Of a DNA stretch of 64,000 nt, positions 1 to 8,960 are shown in pieces (position 1 is the stretch's first letter; every line of letters starts with the position of its first letter). Origin of the DNA: Bacteroidaceae bacterium (GTDB lineage Bacteria; Bacteroidota; Bacteroidia; Bacteroidales; Bacteroidaceae). The notes under the pieces were generated by a model that was not told where the DNA came from, ran no database searches, and saw only the letters and a list, made by a program, of their open reading frames with translations. The translations under genes were made by a program, and so were the position numbers. Location of the stretch: NCBI GenBank assembly GCA_045660385.1, contig JAZRDT010000157.1, positions 8,079-72,078 of the forward strand, in the 5' to 3' direction.

Positions 1-295
1 CAGTAATTACATAATGAGCATTGGTCTCTTCTGCTGCTTCAGGACAGTAGATTTCTACTGCATCACCTTCAACCCAATCAACACGTTCATAATTAATACC
101 ACCATGAGTGTATATCTCACCACTATATTCGGTGCGAGTCATCAAACCATCATTTTCAAAACCAGCACGACCACCGAAACAGATTTCGTCACCTACCTCG
201 GCCGGAGTCACCTGATTTATAGGTTCTTCGTTTTGGCAAGCTACAACAACAAATGCTACTGCAGCCATTGCATATATCAGTCTTTTCTTGTTCAT
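1..295 (-). CDS. Surface lipoprotein, N-terminal fragment (possibly fimbrillin-family); continues past the left edge
   Basis: Hand translation of minus strand from ATG at 293-295, open to nt 1: MNKKRLIYAMAAVAFVVVAC/QNEEPINQVTPAEVGDEICFGG... It has a signal peptide plus lipobox Cys20. It is absent from the ORF track because no stop lies in the window. The family call is a weak recollection. Confidence 0.5.
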   Translation of the reverse strand, partial: MNKKRLIYAMAAVAFVVVACQNEEPINQVTPAEVGDEICFGGRAGFENDGLMTRTEYSGEIYTHGGINYERVDWVEGDAVEIYCPEAAEETNAHYVIT

Positions 296-311
296 AGTCA
301 TTTCTTTTATA

Positions 312-491
312 TTATTCCCAAGAGCCATCGTTCCAACTCTCTGTTGCGAAATCCACTTCATTGATTTCATGACCTGTAGTCTTTACTTCGCTTTTCGGTG
401 CATCTTGTACCACAGAGCCGCAGAATCCTCCCTCGAGTTCTACTACGGCATGCTCAACATACGGAGTCTCGTACAATTTCTTTGTTTTCAT
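312..491 (-). CDS. Small hypothetical protein (59 aa, just below ORF-track cutoff)
   Basis: Hand translation: MKTKKLYETPYVEHAVVELEGGFCGSVVQDAPKSEVKTTGHEINEVDFATESWNDGSWE*. ATG at 489-491, TAA at 312-314. It ends 17 nt upstream of the lipoprotein start on the same strand. Confidence 0.35.
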   Translation of the reverse strand: MKTKKLYETPYVEHAVVELEGGFCGSVVQDAPKSEVKTTGHEINEVDFATESWNDGSWE

Positions 492-691
492 CTTTAATTA
501 CTGTTTGTTACCTAGCATTCTGCTTGTTACATTAAAACACAACCTTAATCAAGAGTCTCGTCTATAGTCTTCTCCGCTCAATATCAACCAATTACATTTT
601 GCAAAAGAAAACTACTACGAGATTCTCGGTAAAAGTACTCATATTTTTTTAATCTACAACACATTTTTGCATTTTTTATAAAAAAAATGGC

Positions 692-699
692 TACCTTTG
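692..699 (+). promoter_or_regulatory. Bacteroidetes -7 promoter box (TACCTTTG) for the UpxY gene
   Basis: Matches the TAnnTTTG consensus of Bacteroidetes sigma-A promoters, 21 nt upstream of ATG 720. Confidence 0.55.
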
Positions 700-719
700 C
701 CGCTACAATATAACAACAC

Positions 720-1295
720 ATGCAAACAACTCCCCCAATACCTCCCATACAACAACCCGACGATACGGAACGATGGTATGCTATGCGCGTTACCTATCGT
801 CGCGAATTAGCAGTTCGCGACGATCTCAATGAAAAGGGACTCGAAACATTCATTCCGATGCGTCATGCGATCAAGATAAAAAAAGGTGTACCCAAACGCC
901 TGCTCATACCAGCCATCAATAGTCTTTTATTTGTACATGCGCCACAATCCACCATCCAACAAATAAAGACTAGCATTCCACATCTACAATATATCACCGA
1001 TAAAAATCATCATAAGATTACCGTCCCCGAAGCACAAATGCACCACTTCATTGCTGCATGTAGTAGTTATGACGAATCGCTTAACTTTTTCGATCCCTCA
1101 GAGGTGAATTTGACCAAAGGCACCCCTGTACGCATCATCGGCGGTGATTTTGAAGGTATGGAGGGAGTATTTATCAAAATTAAAGGTAAACGCGACCGCC
1201 GAGTTGTAGTCGCCATACAAGGCGTTATTGCAGTAGCTATAGCTACTATACACCCCGATCTCATACAAATTATAAACCCCTCAGAAGGAAGATAG
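720..1295 (+). CDS. UpxY-family transcription antiterminator (NusG paralogue)
   Basis: N-terminal WYAMRVTYRRELAVRDDLNEKGLETFIPM (NGN domain typical of UpxY). C-terminal KOW-like GTPVRIIGGDFEGMEGVFIKIKGKRDRRVVV. Confidence 0.85.
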   Translation: MQTTPPIPPIQQPDDTERWYAMRVTYRRELAVRDDLNEKGLETFIPMRHAIKIKKGVPKRLLIPAINSLLFVHAPQSTIQQIKTSIPHLQYITDKNHHKITVPEAQMHHFIAACSSYDESLNFFDPSEVNLTKGTPVRIIGGDFEGMEGVFIKIKGKRDRRVVVAIQGVIAVAIATIHPDLIQIINPSEGR

Positions 1296-1326
1296 CCAGT
1301 TAAGAATCTATCTGATTGTTATAAAA

Positions 1327-1363
1327 AGAATATGCCGAGCAATTAATTGCCCGGCATATTCTT
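1327..1363. terminator. Bidirectional rho-independent terminator between UpxY gene and rfbD
   Basis: 12-bp perfect stem aagaatatgccg / cggcatattctt, flanked by an A-run and a T-run, between convergent genes. Confidence 0.7.
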
Positions 1364-1390
1364 TTATTTACTAGAGACTCCTATTTTTCC

Positions 1391-2245
1391 TTATAGTTGC
1401 TCAATACATTCACGCAAGGAGTCCACCCAATAAGGCACCTCTACATCATAGGTTTGCTTGATCTTTGTCTTATCGAGTACTGAATAATGAGGACGTGCTG
1501 CAGGCGTAGGATACTCATCTGTATGAAGTGGCTTCAGCGCACATGTTGTGATACCTCCAATCGCAAAAATCATCTTTGTAAAGTCGTACCAAGAGCACAC
1601 ACCTTCGTTGCTATAATGATATATTCCTGGCACTACACCCTTAATTATGATACGTTGTATTGCACGGGCAAGATCACGGGCATAAGTAGGTGTACCCACT
1701 TGATCAAACACCACTCCTAACTCTGCACGTTCGACGCCAAGACGAAGCATTGTCTTTACAAAATTATTTCCAAAGGTACTATATAGCCATGCCGTACGGA
1801 TAATGATTGAATTTGAGCATAGCGAAATAATGGCCTCCTCACCTGCCAACTTCGTTGCGCCATAGACTGAATTTGGGCACGTCGCATCATCCTCACAATA
1901 AGGTTTATAGTGCTGACCATTGAACACATAGTCGGTAGAGACATGTATCAATGCCGCACCATACTTAGCTGCTACACGAGCCAGATTTGCTGGAGCCTGA
2001 TGATTAAGTTTATCACAAAGTTCAGTATCTTCTTCAGCCTTATTAACATTCGTATATGCTGCACAATTGACTATACAGTCAATCGCATGTTCTACCACAA
2101 AGCGCTCAATGGCTTCTTGGTCGCAAATATCAAGTTCTGCTACATCTGTAAAATGAAAATTCACCGTAGATTGCTCCGCAGACACAACACGCATCTCATT
2201 TCCTAGCTGCCCATTGGCACCCGTAACAAGTATATTCTTCAACAT
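1391..2245 (-). CDS. rfbD: dTDP-4-dehydrorhamnose reductase
   Basis: MLKNILVTGANGQLG Rossmann start and the STDYVF...Y..TK motif typical of RmlD. I prefer the ATG at 2243-2245 over the track start at 2275. Confidence 0.9.
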   Translation of the reverse strand: MLKNILVTGANGQLGNEMRVVSAEQSTVNFHFTDVAELDICDQEAIERFVVEHAIDCIVNCAAYTNVNKAEEDTELCDKLNHQAPANLARVAAKYGAALIHVSTDYVFNGQHYKPYCEDDATCPNSVYGATKLAGEEAIISLCSNSIIIRTAWLYSTFGNNFVKTMLRLGVERAELGVVFDQVGTPTYARDLARAIQRIIIKGVVPGIYHYSNEGVCSWYDFTKMIFAIGGITTCALKPLHTDEYPTPAARPHYSVLDKTKIKQTYDVEVPYWVDSLRECIEQL

Positions 2246-2303
2246 ACGATTATTTGAATCCAGACATTCAACCATTTAGTTCCTATATTACCCGTTTATT
2301 CTA

Positions 2304-2849
2304 TCAATCCTCCAAATCCAACTCTCCGATGCGCTCTTTGGCATAGTAGTCTGAAAGAAGGCCTACAAACTTGACAATATCGGCCACAGCTCCAGCAGTT
2401 TCCCGGCTCACCTCCTTACGCTGCAGACGAAGCATCCATACTCCATAGAGTGCATCGAAGCAGTTTTCGAGTTCCGATTTATCCTGTCCGCCCTTGGCAC
2501 GCAGTTCCACGATAAAGGGAAGTGCCTTGTAGTATGTAGCCTGATAGAAGGGAAATTTCTGTGAGTGCATCAGTCGGCAATGCAGATCGGTAAGCGTAAT
2601 GATTACATTCTTGTTTATCTGAAGATGCCCGCTCTGCAGCACGCCCTCTATACGCATCATCTCCACCAGGTTGGCGTACCATTCTACCATCTCGGCATGC
2701 TGCTCTGACGGGAGGTTATAGGGGGCCACCATGGATTGCTCCAGTTTGTCCACATCGCAGCCATTGGCACGAATCAGATCCTCTACCTGCCACATATAAA
2801 GCAAATATTCAGAGATGCTCTGCTCTTTCAGTTTTTTTGATATAATCAT
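2304..2849 (-). CDS. Conserved Bacteroidales protein, DUF4924-like
   Basis: 181-aa soluble protein (MIISKKLKEQSISEYLLYMWQVEDLIRANG...). The family name is from recollection only. Confidence 0.5.
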   Translation of the reverse strand: MIISKKLKEQSISEYLLYMWQVEDLIRANGCDVDKLEQSMVAPYNLPSEQHAEMVEWYANLVEMMRIEGVLQSGHLQINKNVIITLTDLHCRLMHSQKFPFYQATYYKALPFIVELRAKGGQDKSELENCFDALYGVWMLRLQRKEVSRETAGAVADIVKFVGLLSDYYAKERIGELDLED

Positions 2850-2889
2850 TTTCTAAGTATAGTATAATTTTACACTTACAAGTTTCGTG

Positions 2890-2897
2890 CAAAGTTA
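2890..2897 (-). promoter_or_regulatory. -7 box (TAACTTTG on minus strand) for the DUF4924-rfbD unit
   Basis: caaagtta on the plus strand, 41 nt upstream of start 2849. Confidence 0.5.
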
Positions 2898-2925
2898 GTG
2901 CAAAATTTCGATTAAGCGAAGGCTA

Positions 2926-2951
2926 TATCCGTTTACTTGCTCAAACGGATA
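2926..2951 (-). terminator. Terminator hairpin after the RND operon
   Basis: 9-bp stem tatccgttt / aaacggata, 8 nt downstream of the OMF stop (2959). Confidence 0.55.
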
Positions 2952-2958
2952 CAAGAAA

Positions 2959-4164
2959 TTACAATCTCCAAGATTCCAGTTCGGCAAGTGCACGATAATA
3001 ATCACGGTCAGCACTGAGGCTACGATCCAGGTAGTCGTAATAGAGCTCCAATCCCTGCAGATACTCAAGCACGGAAATCATCCCCTCCTCCATTGCACGA
3101 GCTAGCAGAGCACTGTTGTTAGCCTCATCAAGTGCACGGCGGTAGAGCACAGCCGTTTGTTGCAATCCTTTTACCCGTTCGTAGCCCTCCATCATATAGC
3201 TACGCACTTGGAACTGGGCATCAGTCTCCCGTGCTTCTGCTGCACTGAGCGCGGCACGTGCCGAGCGCACCTGATTCTTGTTAGCCCAGAGAGGTAAGTT
3301 TACCCCAACAGCGAAACCCTGCGAGCGTTCGCCCGTGAGGTGACGCTCATGAATGTAGGAACCTGTAAGAGCAGGCAAATGCTTTGTCTTGGAAAGCGAA
3401 AGTTCGCTCCGACGCGCTTCACGCTCTTCACGTGCCACAGCCAAAACCGGGCTATTGGCCATTGCTTCCTCGTACCATTGCTCGAAGTTGTCGGGAAGAA
3501 ACTCCGAAGCATATTCTTCAGCATCGAAAGACAGTTGACGCCCACCATTCAGACATGCAAGGCGGGTAGCCAATACAGACGTTTCCATATCCACACGGGC
3601 ACTCTCAGCCTCCAACGCCGACAGGCTCAACAACACGTTATTATAGGACAATACATCTGTATCGCCACTCTCAAGACGGCATTTCTCTGCCTTCACTACT
3701 TGGCGGGCATATTCCAGACGCCGGTCCAATTCTGCAGCCAGCGCATTGTAATAAACCAAGTCAATACATACCAACTTAGCTTCGAGGAGCACATCGATGC
3801 GCAGGCTACGATACTCCTCGTCGACAAGGCGGTCTTTCTGCCGAGCCACCGCTTTGCGCTTACCCAAGGCTGTAGACAAGTCCACTGATTGAGAGATGGA
3901 AAACTCCATCATATTACCAGTCTGCTCCGCTCCATCCCACATACGTTTCAGCGCCACCTCAGGATCAGCAAGGGTTATCCCTGTATGGTTCTCCAACTTA
4001 CGAGCCTCGGCCTCACGACGCAAGGCGATAAGCGTGGCGTTGTTGGCTTCAATGCTATCAAGCACCTGACTGAGTTGACTATGGGTCACCACCTCTCCTT
4101 GAGCATTAGCAAGCAGAGTCCATCCTATCATTATAAGAGTTGCAATTGATTTATAGTTTATCAT
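2959..4164 (-). CDS. TolC-family outer membrane factor of the metal RND system (CzcC/CusC-like)
   Basis: Signal peptide and two-repeat coiled OEP architecture. Its start overlaps the RND pump stop by 4 nt. Confidence 0.85.
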   Translation of the reverse strand: MINYKSIATLIMIGWTLLANAQGEVVTHSQLSQVLDSIEANNATLIALRREAEARKLENHTGITLADPEVALKRMWDGAEQTGNMMEFSISQSVDLSTALGKRKAVARQKDRLVDEEYRSLRIDVLLEAKLVCIDLVYYNALAAELDRRLEYARQVVKAEKCRLESGDTDVLSYNNVLLSLSALEAESARVDMETSVLATRLACLNGGRQLSFDAEEYASEFLPDNFEQWYEEAMANSPVLAVAREEREARRSELSLSKTKHLPALTGSYIHERHLTGERSQGFAVGVNLPLWANKNQVRSARAALSAAEARETDAQFQVRSYMMEGYERVKGLQQTAVLYRRALDEANNSALLARAMEEGMISVLEYLQGLELYYDYLDRSLSADRDYYRALAELESWRL

Positions 4165-7100
4165 ATCTCTTCCTTCTTTGTATTCTTTGAAACTAGCACA
4201 TACACGATGGGCACAATAAATCCATTAAGCAGGGTCGACGTGGCCAGTCCGCCGAGAATAACCTTAGCCATAGGACTCTGTATCTCATTACCGGGCAAAT
4301 CGCCGCCAAGTGCCAATGGTATAAGCGCCAAAGCGGTGGTAAGCGCCGTCATCAGAATAGGATTGAGTCGGTCAACCGAACCACGGATAACACTTTCGAT
4401 AGCCGAATGTCCCTCAAGACGCAAATCATTGTATCGCTCGATAAGAAGCATGCCATTTCTTGTAGCAATACCAAACAGTGAGATGAAACCGATGAGGGCA
4501 GGAATACTCAGTTCGCCTCCCGTAAGCCACAACACCAGCACTCCACCTATCAGCGCTAAAGGCAGGTTGACCAGGATGACTGCCGATTGCACAAGGCTAC
4601 GGAACTGGTTGTACAGCAACATGAATATTACCATGACTGCAAATACGGATGCCAGCAGAATGATGCGCGATGCATTCTCTTCGTTCTCGAACTGTCCGCC
4701 ATACTCCACGTGATAGTCCTCGGGCAATTCAATCTGCTCTTCAATGATGCGGCGCATGTCAGTGACCACACCGCGCAAATCACGCCCTGTCACATTGGCC
4801 GACACCACCACTTTGCGTTCCACATTCTCACGATTGATTGTATTAGGGCCAACAGAAGAGATCACATCGGCAATCTGTCCCAAGGGTATCTTGCTTCCAC
4901 CAGCATCTACAATCAGGCTACTTATGTCGTCGGCGGTAGCGCGACTCTTGTCACCCACCTTAAGGACAAGGTCAAATACACGACGGCCCTCATATACCTG
5001 CGATACGGCCTCACCAGCTAAAAGTACGCCGACCATATCTGCAAACTCGGGCATAGTCACACCATACTTGGCCATCACATCGCGTTTGGGAACAATCTTC
5101 AGTTGGGGGCGCTCCACCTGTTGCTCTACATTCAAGTCGGCAACACCTTCAACACCCGCCACAGCTGCTTTGATGCGGTTACCAATCTGGTACATCTCAT
5201 TGAGGTCTGTTCCAAACACCTTCACAGCAATGCTTGCTCGTGTTCCCGAAAGCATCGCATCGATACGATGGCTAATGGGAGCACCCACCTCAACATTTAC
5301 ACCCGGCAAGGTTCCTAGTTTCTCACGTACCTCAGCAATGAGTTCATCCTTGGAGCGATCGGAAAGTTCAAACGGCGCCTCAATCTCTGACACATTCACA
5401 CCCAAGGCATGTTCGTCAAGTTCAGCACGTCCCGTCTTACGGCCTACTGTCTGAATTTCAGGGATAGTCAGCAACAATTCCTCGGCACGGCGACCGATTT
5501 TATCAGACTCCTCCAGTGAAATGCCTGGGAGTGTAGCAACATTGATGGTAAACGACCCTTCATTGAATGGGGGAAGAAACGAACGTCCCAAACTAAAGAA
5601 GGCCACTAAGGCAAGCACGAGCAAAACGCCCGTAACTCCCAACACCGGCCAACGATGGCGCAAGGTCCATGACAACATACGGGCATAGCCACTTGCAAGG
5701 AAGCGAGTTACAGGAGAACCCGCTTTATGATTTTCCTTCACCTCTTTTGACTCTGCACCACCCAACAAATAGCTACAGAGCACGGGGGTCAACGTGAGTG
5801 CCACCAAGGTGGAAGCGCACAAGGCTACAATGAAAGCTATTCCAAGCGGTGCCAACAAGCGCCCCTCCATGCCCGTCAGGAAGAAGAGGGGAACGAAACT
5901 TGCAATAATAATCAACGTTGAGTTAAGTATTGGCATGCGTACCTCCTTAGAGGCATCATATATGACTGTCAGCACCGGACGGCGATGCTCCATGGGCAAG
6001 GCACGATTCTCACGTAACCGTTTATACACATTCTCGACATCGACAATGGCATCATCCACGAGCGAACCTACGGCAATGGCTAAACCTCCGAGACTCATTG
6101 TATTGATGGTCAGTCCAAAGGCATTCAGCGCAAGGATGGAAGCCACAAAGGCCAGAGGTATCGTCACAAGCGAGATTACCGTCGTGCGAACATTCATCAA
6201 GAATACAAATAACACCAAAACCACGAAGAATGCACCTTCAATCAGAGCGCTCTTCACGTTATTGATTGAATTGTTGATGAATCGCTCCTGTCGGTACACA
6301 TCGGTGGTCAACTGAACATCAGCAGGCAATTCGCGCTTCAAGTCCTCCAATGTAGCATCCAGTTTGTCGGTCAGTTTGAGCGTACTTGTATACGGCTGCT
6401 TTGTCACGGTCATGATAACAGCAGGTTCCGTACGCAACGAAGCCACGCCAAACTTGGGACGTTGGTCTCCCTCCTTCACTTCTGCGATGTGATGCAGTAA
6501 CAAAGGCGATTCCCCTACCCTTTTCACGACCGTACGGCCAATTTCATCCACATTGTTTGTCGACAACATACCACGTATGATATACTCATTACCATACTCA
6601 TACAACGTGCCGCCGGTAGCATTTTGGTTCATTCCGGTGACAACCTCCATCACCTCTCCCAACGACACATCATAATGCATCATCTTTTCAGGGTTGAGCA
6701 GTATCTGGTACTCCTTCACTTCGCCTCCAAGCACAGCTACCTGTGCCACGCCACCTGTAGCAAGCAGACGCGGACGGATAGTCCAGTCGGCTAATGTACG
6801 GAGTTCCCGCAAGGAGGTAGTGTCAGCAGTAAGTCCTACAAAGAGCATCTCACCCAGGATGGAAGACTGAGGGCCCAAAGTGGGTGTCCCCACATGTTGC
6901 GGCAAGGCATCCATCACGGTTGCAATCTTTTCCGATACAATCTGACGGGCACGATAGATATCAGTTCCCCAATCAAATTCTACCCATACGATAGAGAATC
7001 CTGTCGTACTTGACGAACGCACTCGTCGCACATCGGTAGCACCATTCACGGCCGTCTCGATAGGGAAAGTAACCAATCGTTCCACCTCCTCAGGTGCCAT

Positions 7101-7265
7101 ACCCTTGGCTTCGGTCATCACCGTCACCGTGGGGGCATTCAGGTCAGGGAACACGTCCACATCCATTCGGGTAGCAGTATATACACCAGCCACCATCAAC
7201 AACACAGACGCCACCAATATCAGCAGACGATTATTGAGAGAAAAACGTATGATTCTATTCAACAT
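4161..7265 (-). CDS. CusA/CzcA-family heavy-metal efflux RND permease
   Basis: 1034 aa. N-terminus MLNRIIRFSLNNRLLILVASVLLMVAGVY..DVFPDLNAPTV is typical of the HME-RND family, with 12-TM organisation. Confidence 0.93.
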   Translation of the reverse strand: MLNRIIRFSLNNRLLILVASVLLMVAGVYTATRMDVDVFPDLNAPTVTVMTEAKGMAPEEVERLVTFPIETAVNGATDVRRVRSSSTTGFSIVWVEFDWGTDIYRARQIVSEKIATVMDALPQHVGTPTLGPQSSILGEMLFVGLTADTTSLRELRTLADWTIRPRLLATGGVAQVAVLGGEVKEYQILLNPEKMMHYDVSLGEVMEVVTGMNQNATGGTLYEYGNEYIIRGMLSTNNVDEIGRTVVKRVGESPLLLHHIAEVKEGDQRPKFGVASLRTEPAVIMTVTKQPYTSTLKLTDKLDATLEDLKRELPADVQLTTDVYRQERFINNSINNVKSALIEGAFFVVLVLFVFLMNVRTTVISLVTIPLAFVASILALNAFGLTINTMSLGGLAIAVGSLVDDAIVDVENVYKRLRENRALPMEHRRPVLTVIYDASKEVRMPILNSTLIIIASFVPLFFLTGMEGRLLAPLGIAFIVALCASTLVALTLTPVLCSYLLGGAESKEVKENHKAGSPVTRFLASGYARMLSWTLRHRWPVLGVTGVLLVLALVAFFSLGRSFLPPFNEGSFTINVATLPGISLEESDKIGRRAEELLLTIPEIQTVGRKTGRAELDEHALGVNVSEIEAPFELSDRSKDELIAEVREKLGTLPGVNVEVGAPISHRIDAMLSGTRASIAVKVFGTDLNEMYQIGNRIKAAVAGVEGVADLNVEQQVERPQLKIVPKRDVMAKYGVTMPEFADMVGVLLAGEAVSQVYEGRRVFDLVLKVGDKSRATADDISSLIVDAGGSKIPLGQIADVISSVGPNTINRENVERKVVVSANVTGRDLRGVVTDMRRIIEEQIELPEDYHVEYGGQFENEENASRIILLASVFAVMVIFMLLYNQFRSLVQSAVILVNLPLALIGGVLVLWLTGGELSIPALIGFISLFGIATRNGMLLIERYNDLRLEGHSAIESVIRGSVDRLNPILMTALTTALALIPLALGGDLPGNEIQSPMAKVILGGLATSTLLNGFIVPIVYVLVSKNTKKEEI

Positions 7266-7285
7266 AACAATATCCCTTCCTTTTC

Positions 7286-8614
7286 TTAATGACTATGTCC
7301 GTGAGGTATGGCAGTCGCCACTGATGCAAGTTTTACCTGATAAGCACCCTGAGTAACCACACGCTCACCACCATGCAAACCATGAAGAATTTCTACACGC
7401 TCTCCATCACGTCGTCCGATTTGCACTCCACGTTTCATGAATTCCTCGGCGCAAACCTGCACATATACATAATATAGACCCTGTTCCTCAGTGAGTGCGC
7501 TGATGGGGACAGATAGCACATCGTGCTCAAGCGTAGTAAGCAAATATACATCCGCAAATGAACCGGGGACAATATCACCTACATTGTCAAACTCAAACGT
7601 CACGGGAATATAATGGGAAGCCTCATCAGCTGCCGTTTTTCCATAAGCGACAAGACGTCCGTTCAAATCTGACATCTTATACAACTTATCAGTATAAGAA
7701 GGCCTGAAATTTGCACTACTTACCTTAGTGAGCAATGCATAATCACGTTCCGACACCTCGGCACGCAACTGCAAACGATGAGTTTGAGTGACTACAGCCA
7801 CAGGCTGGCCCACCTCAACAAATCCCCCATTAGGTACGAGCATCTGTTTCAGATAACCATCCATAGGAGACAACAGTGCTGCTCCCTTGTCTGTCATACC
7901 TTGTGCCTGTCCTTCGTAAGTAGTCTTAGCGGTCTCGTAGCGTAAACGTATTTGTTCGAACTCCTTAGCAGAAACAATCTTGTCATCCACCAGACGCAAA
8001 GCTCGCTCATATTCAGCCAAAGCCGTCTCATACGCAAGTTTAGCTTTCAGCAAGGGATCTCCATCCTGCAATTTCTTGGCCGAAATGCCAGCCAATGCCT
8101 TTCCTTCTTTCACCGCCATACCTTCTGTAATCGAAGGGTTGGTATAATAGAGCACTCCAGCAGCTGTGGCCACTACCAAAGATTCATTGCCTTTGGGCGC
8201 TTGAATATGACCTGCGGTCTTAATGACTCCAGCAAAAGTCCCTTTTTCAATCAGTTCCACTTTTAAGCCTGCAGCTTCAGCCTGTTGCTGGGTGAAAGCA
8301 ATACCCTCTCCATGCACATGACTATGTCCATCACCTTCATGATTGTGAGCATCGTGGGAATGGCCCTCATGAGCATGTTCTGTATGAGAATGGTTATGCT
8401 CTTCATGGGCATGGCTATGACCTTCGTGAGAATGTTCGTGCCCTTCATGTTCGTGATCATGGCTATGCTCATGGTTATGTCCTCCATGTTCATCTGAATG
8501 CAAATGAGTTTCACTCTGATGTCCGTGTTCGTGGCTATGCTCATGTTTACCACCGCAAGCGGCAAAAGCGATTGCAGCAAAAAGACAAATCAAAGATTTA
8601 GAGATGTTGTTCAT
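7286..8614 (-). CDS. RND periplasmic adaptor lipoprotein (CzcB/CusB-like) with His-rich N-terminal extension
   Basis: Lipobox FAAC/GG, then ~85 aa of HEHSHEHGH-type repeats, then barrel-sandwich/coiled-coil adaptor sequence. First gene of the operon. Confidence 0.9.
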   Translation of the reverse strand: MNNISKSLICLFAAIAFAACGGKHEHSHEHGHQSETHLHSDEHGGHNHEHSHDHEHEGHEHSHEGHSHAHEEHNHSHTEHAHEGHSHDAHNHEGDGHSHVHGEGIAFTQQQAEAAGLKVELIEKGTFAGVIKTAGHIQAPKGNESLVVATAAGVLYYTNPSITEGMAVKEGKALAGISAKKLQDGDPLLKAKLAYETALAEYERALRLVDDKIVSAKEFEQIRLRYETAKTTYEGQAQGMTDKGAALLSPMDGYLKQMLVPNGGFVEVGQPVAVVTQTHRLQLRAEVSERDYALLTKVSSANFRPSYTDKLYKMSDLNGRLVAYGKTAADEASHYIPVTFEFDNVGDIVPGSFADVYLLTTLEHDVLSVPISALTEEQGLYYVYVQVCAEEFMKRGVQIGRRDGERVEILHGLHGGERVVTQGAYQVKLASVATAIPHGHSH

Positions 8615-8651
8615 ATGTTATACCTTATTATATACACTGAGTTAAACGATG

Positions 8652-8659
8652 CAAAGATA
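8652..8659 (-). promoter_or_regulatory. -7 box (TATCTTTG on minus strand) for the metal efflux operon
   Basis: caaagata on the plus strand, 38 nt upstream of start 8614. Confidence 0.55.
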
Positions 8660-8921
8660 CAAAAAACATCGGTGCAATTCTATTGCATTTTACAAACAAA
8701 ACCCACATTATGAGATATAATCACATCGAGATAGCATTTTTCACAAAAAAACCCATTAAAATTGCACACTTTATATATTTATGAGAAAAATCAATCATTT
8801 TTATCGCAGAAAAAGATTTGTCCATTCGAACGGAATATGTATCTTTGCAGTGAAAGCATGATATACTACACTTGCTGCGGATAATACTGAAGAAATTCCA
8901 CATTTCCCGCTTGCTTGCCTG

Positions 8922-8929
8922 TAGTTTTG
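8922..8929 (+). promoter_or_regulatory. -7 box (TAGTTTTG) for the acyl-CoA synthetase gene
   Basis: 32 nt upstream of ATG 8961. A second box, TATCTTTG, lies at 8840-8847. Confidence 0.45.
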
Positions 8930-8960
8930 CAATACATACACCAAAAACCATCTATAAATT

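Noticed and set aside
4207-6315. Several 140-236-aa plus-strand ORFs inside the RND pump gene
   Set aside because: They are antisense or alternate-frame ORFs within a 1034-aa gene with clear family identity. Their composition (Ser/Thr/Arg/Pro-rich) is typical of off-frame translation.
8263-8580. ORFs 8263-8580 (minus) and 8285-8497 / 8498-8713 (plus) in the His-rich coding stretch
   Set aside because: They are off-frame readings of CAT/CAC/GAA-rich repeat DNA inside the adaptor gene.
8700-8960. Small ORFs (8721-8951, 8801-9001) between the metal efflux operon and the acyl-CoA synthetase gene
   Set aside because: This is an AT-rich divergent promoter region containing two -7 boxes. The ORFs are Phe/Ile/Lys-rich and lack start context.
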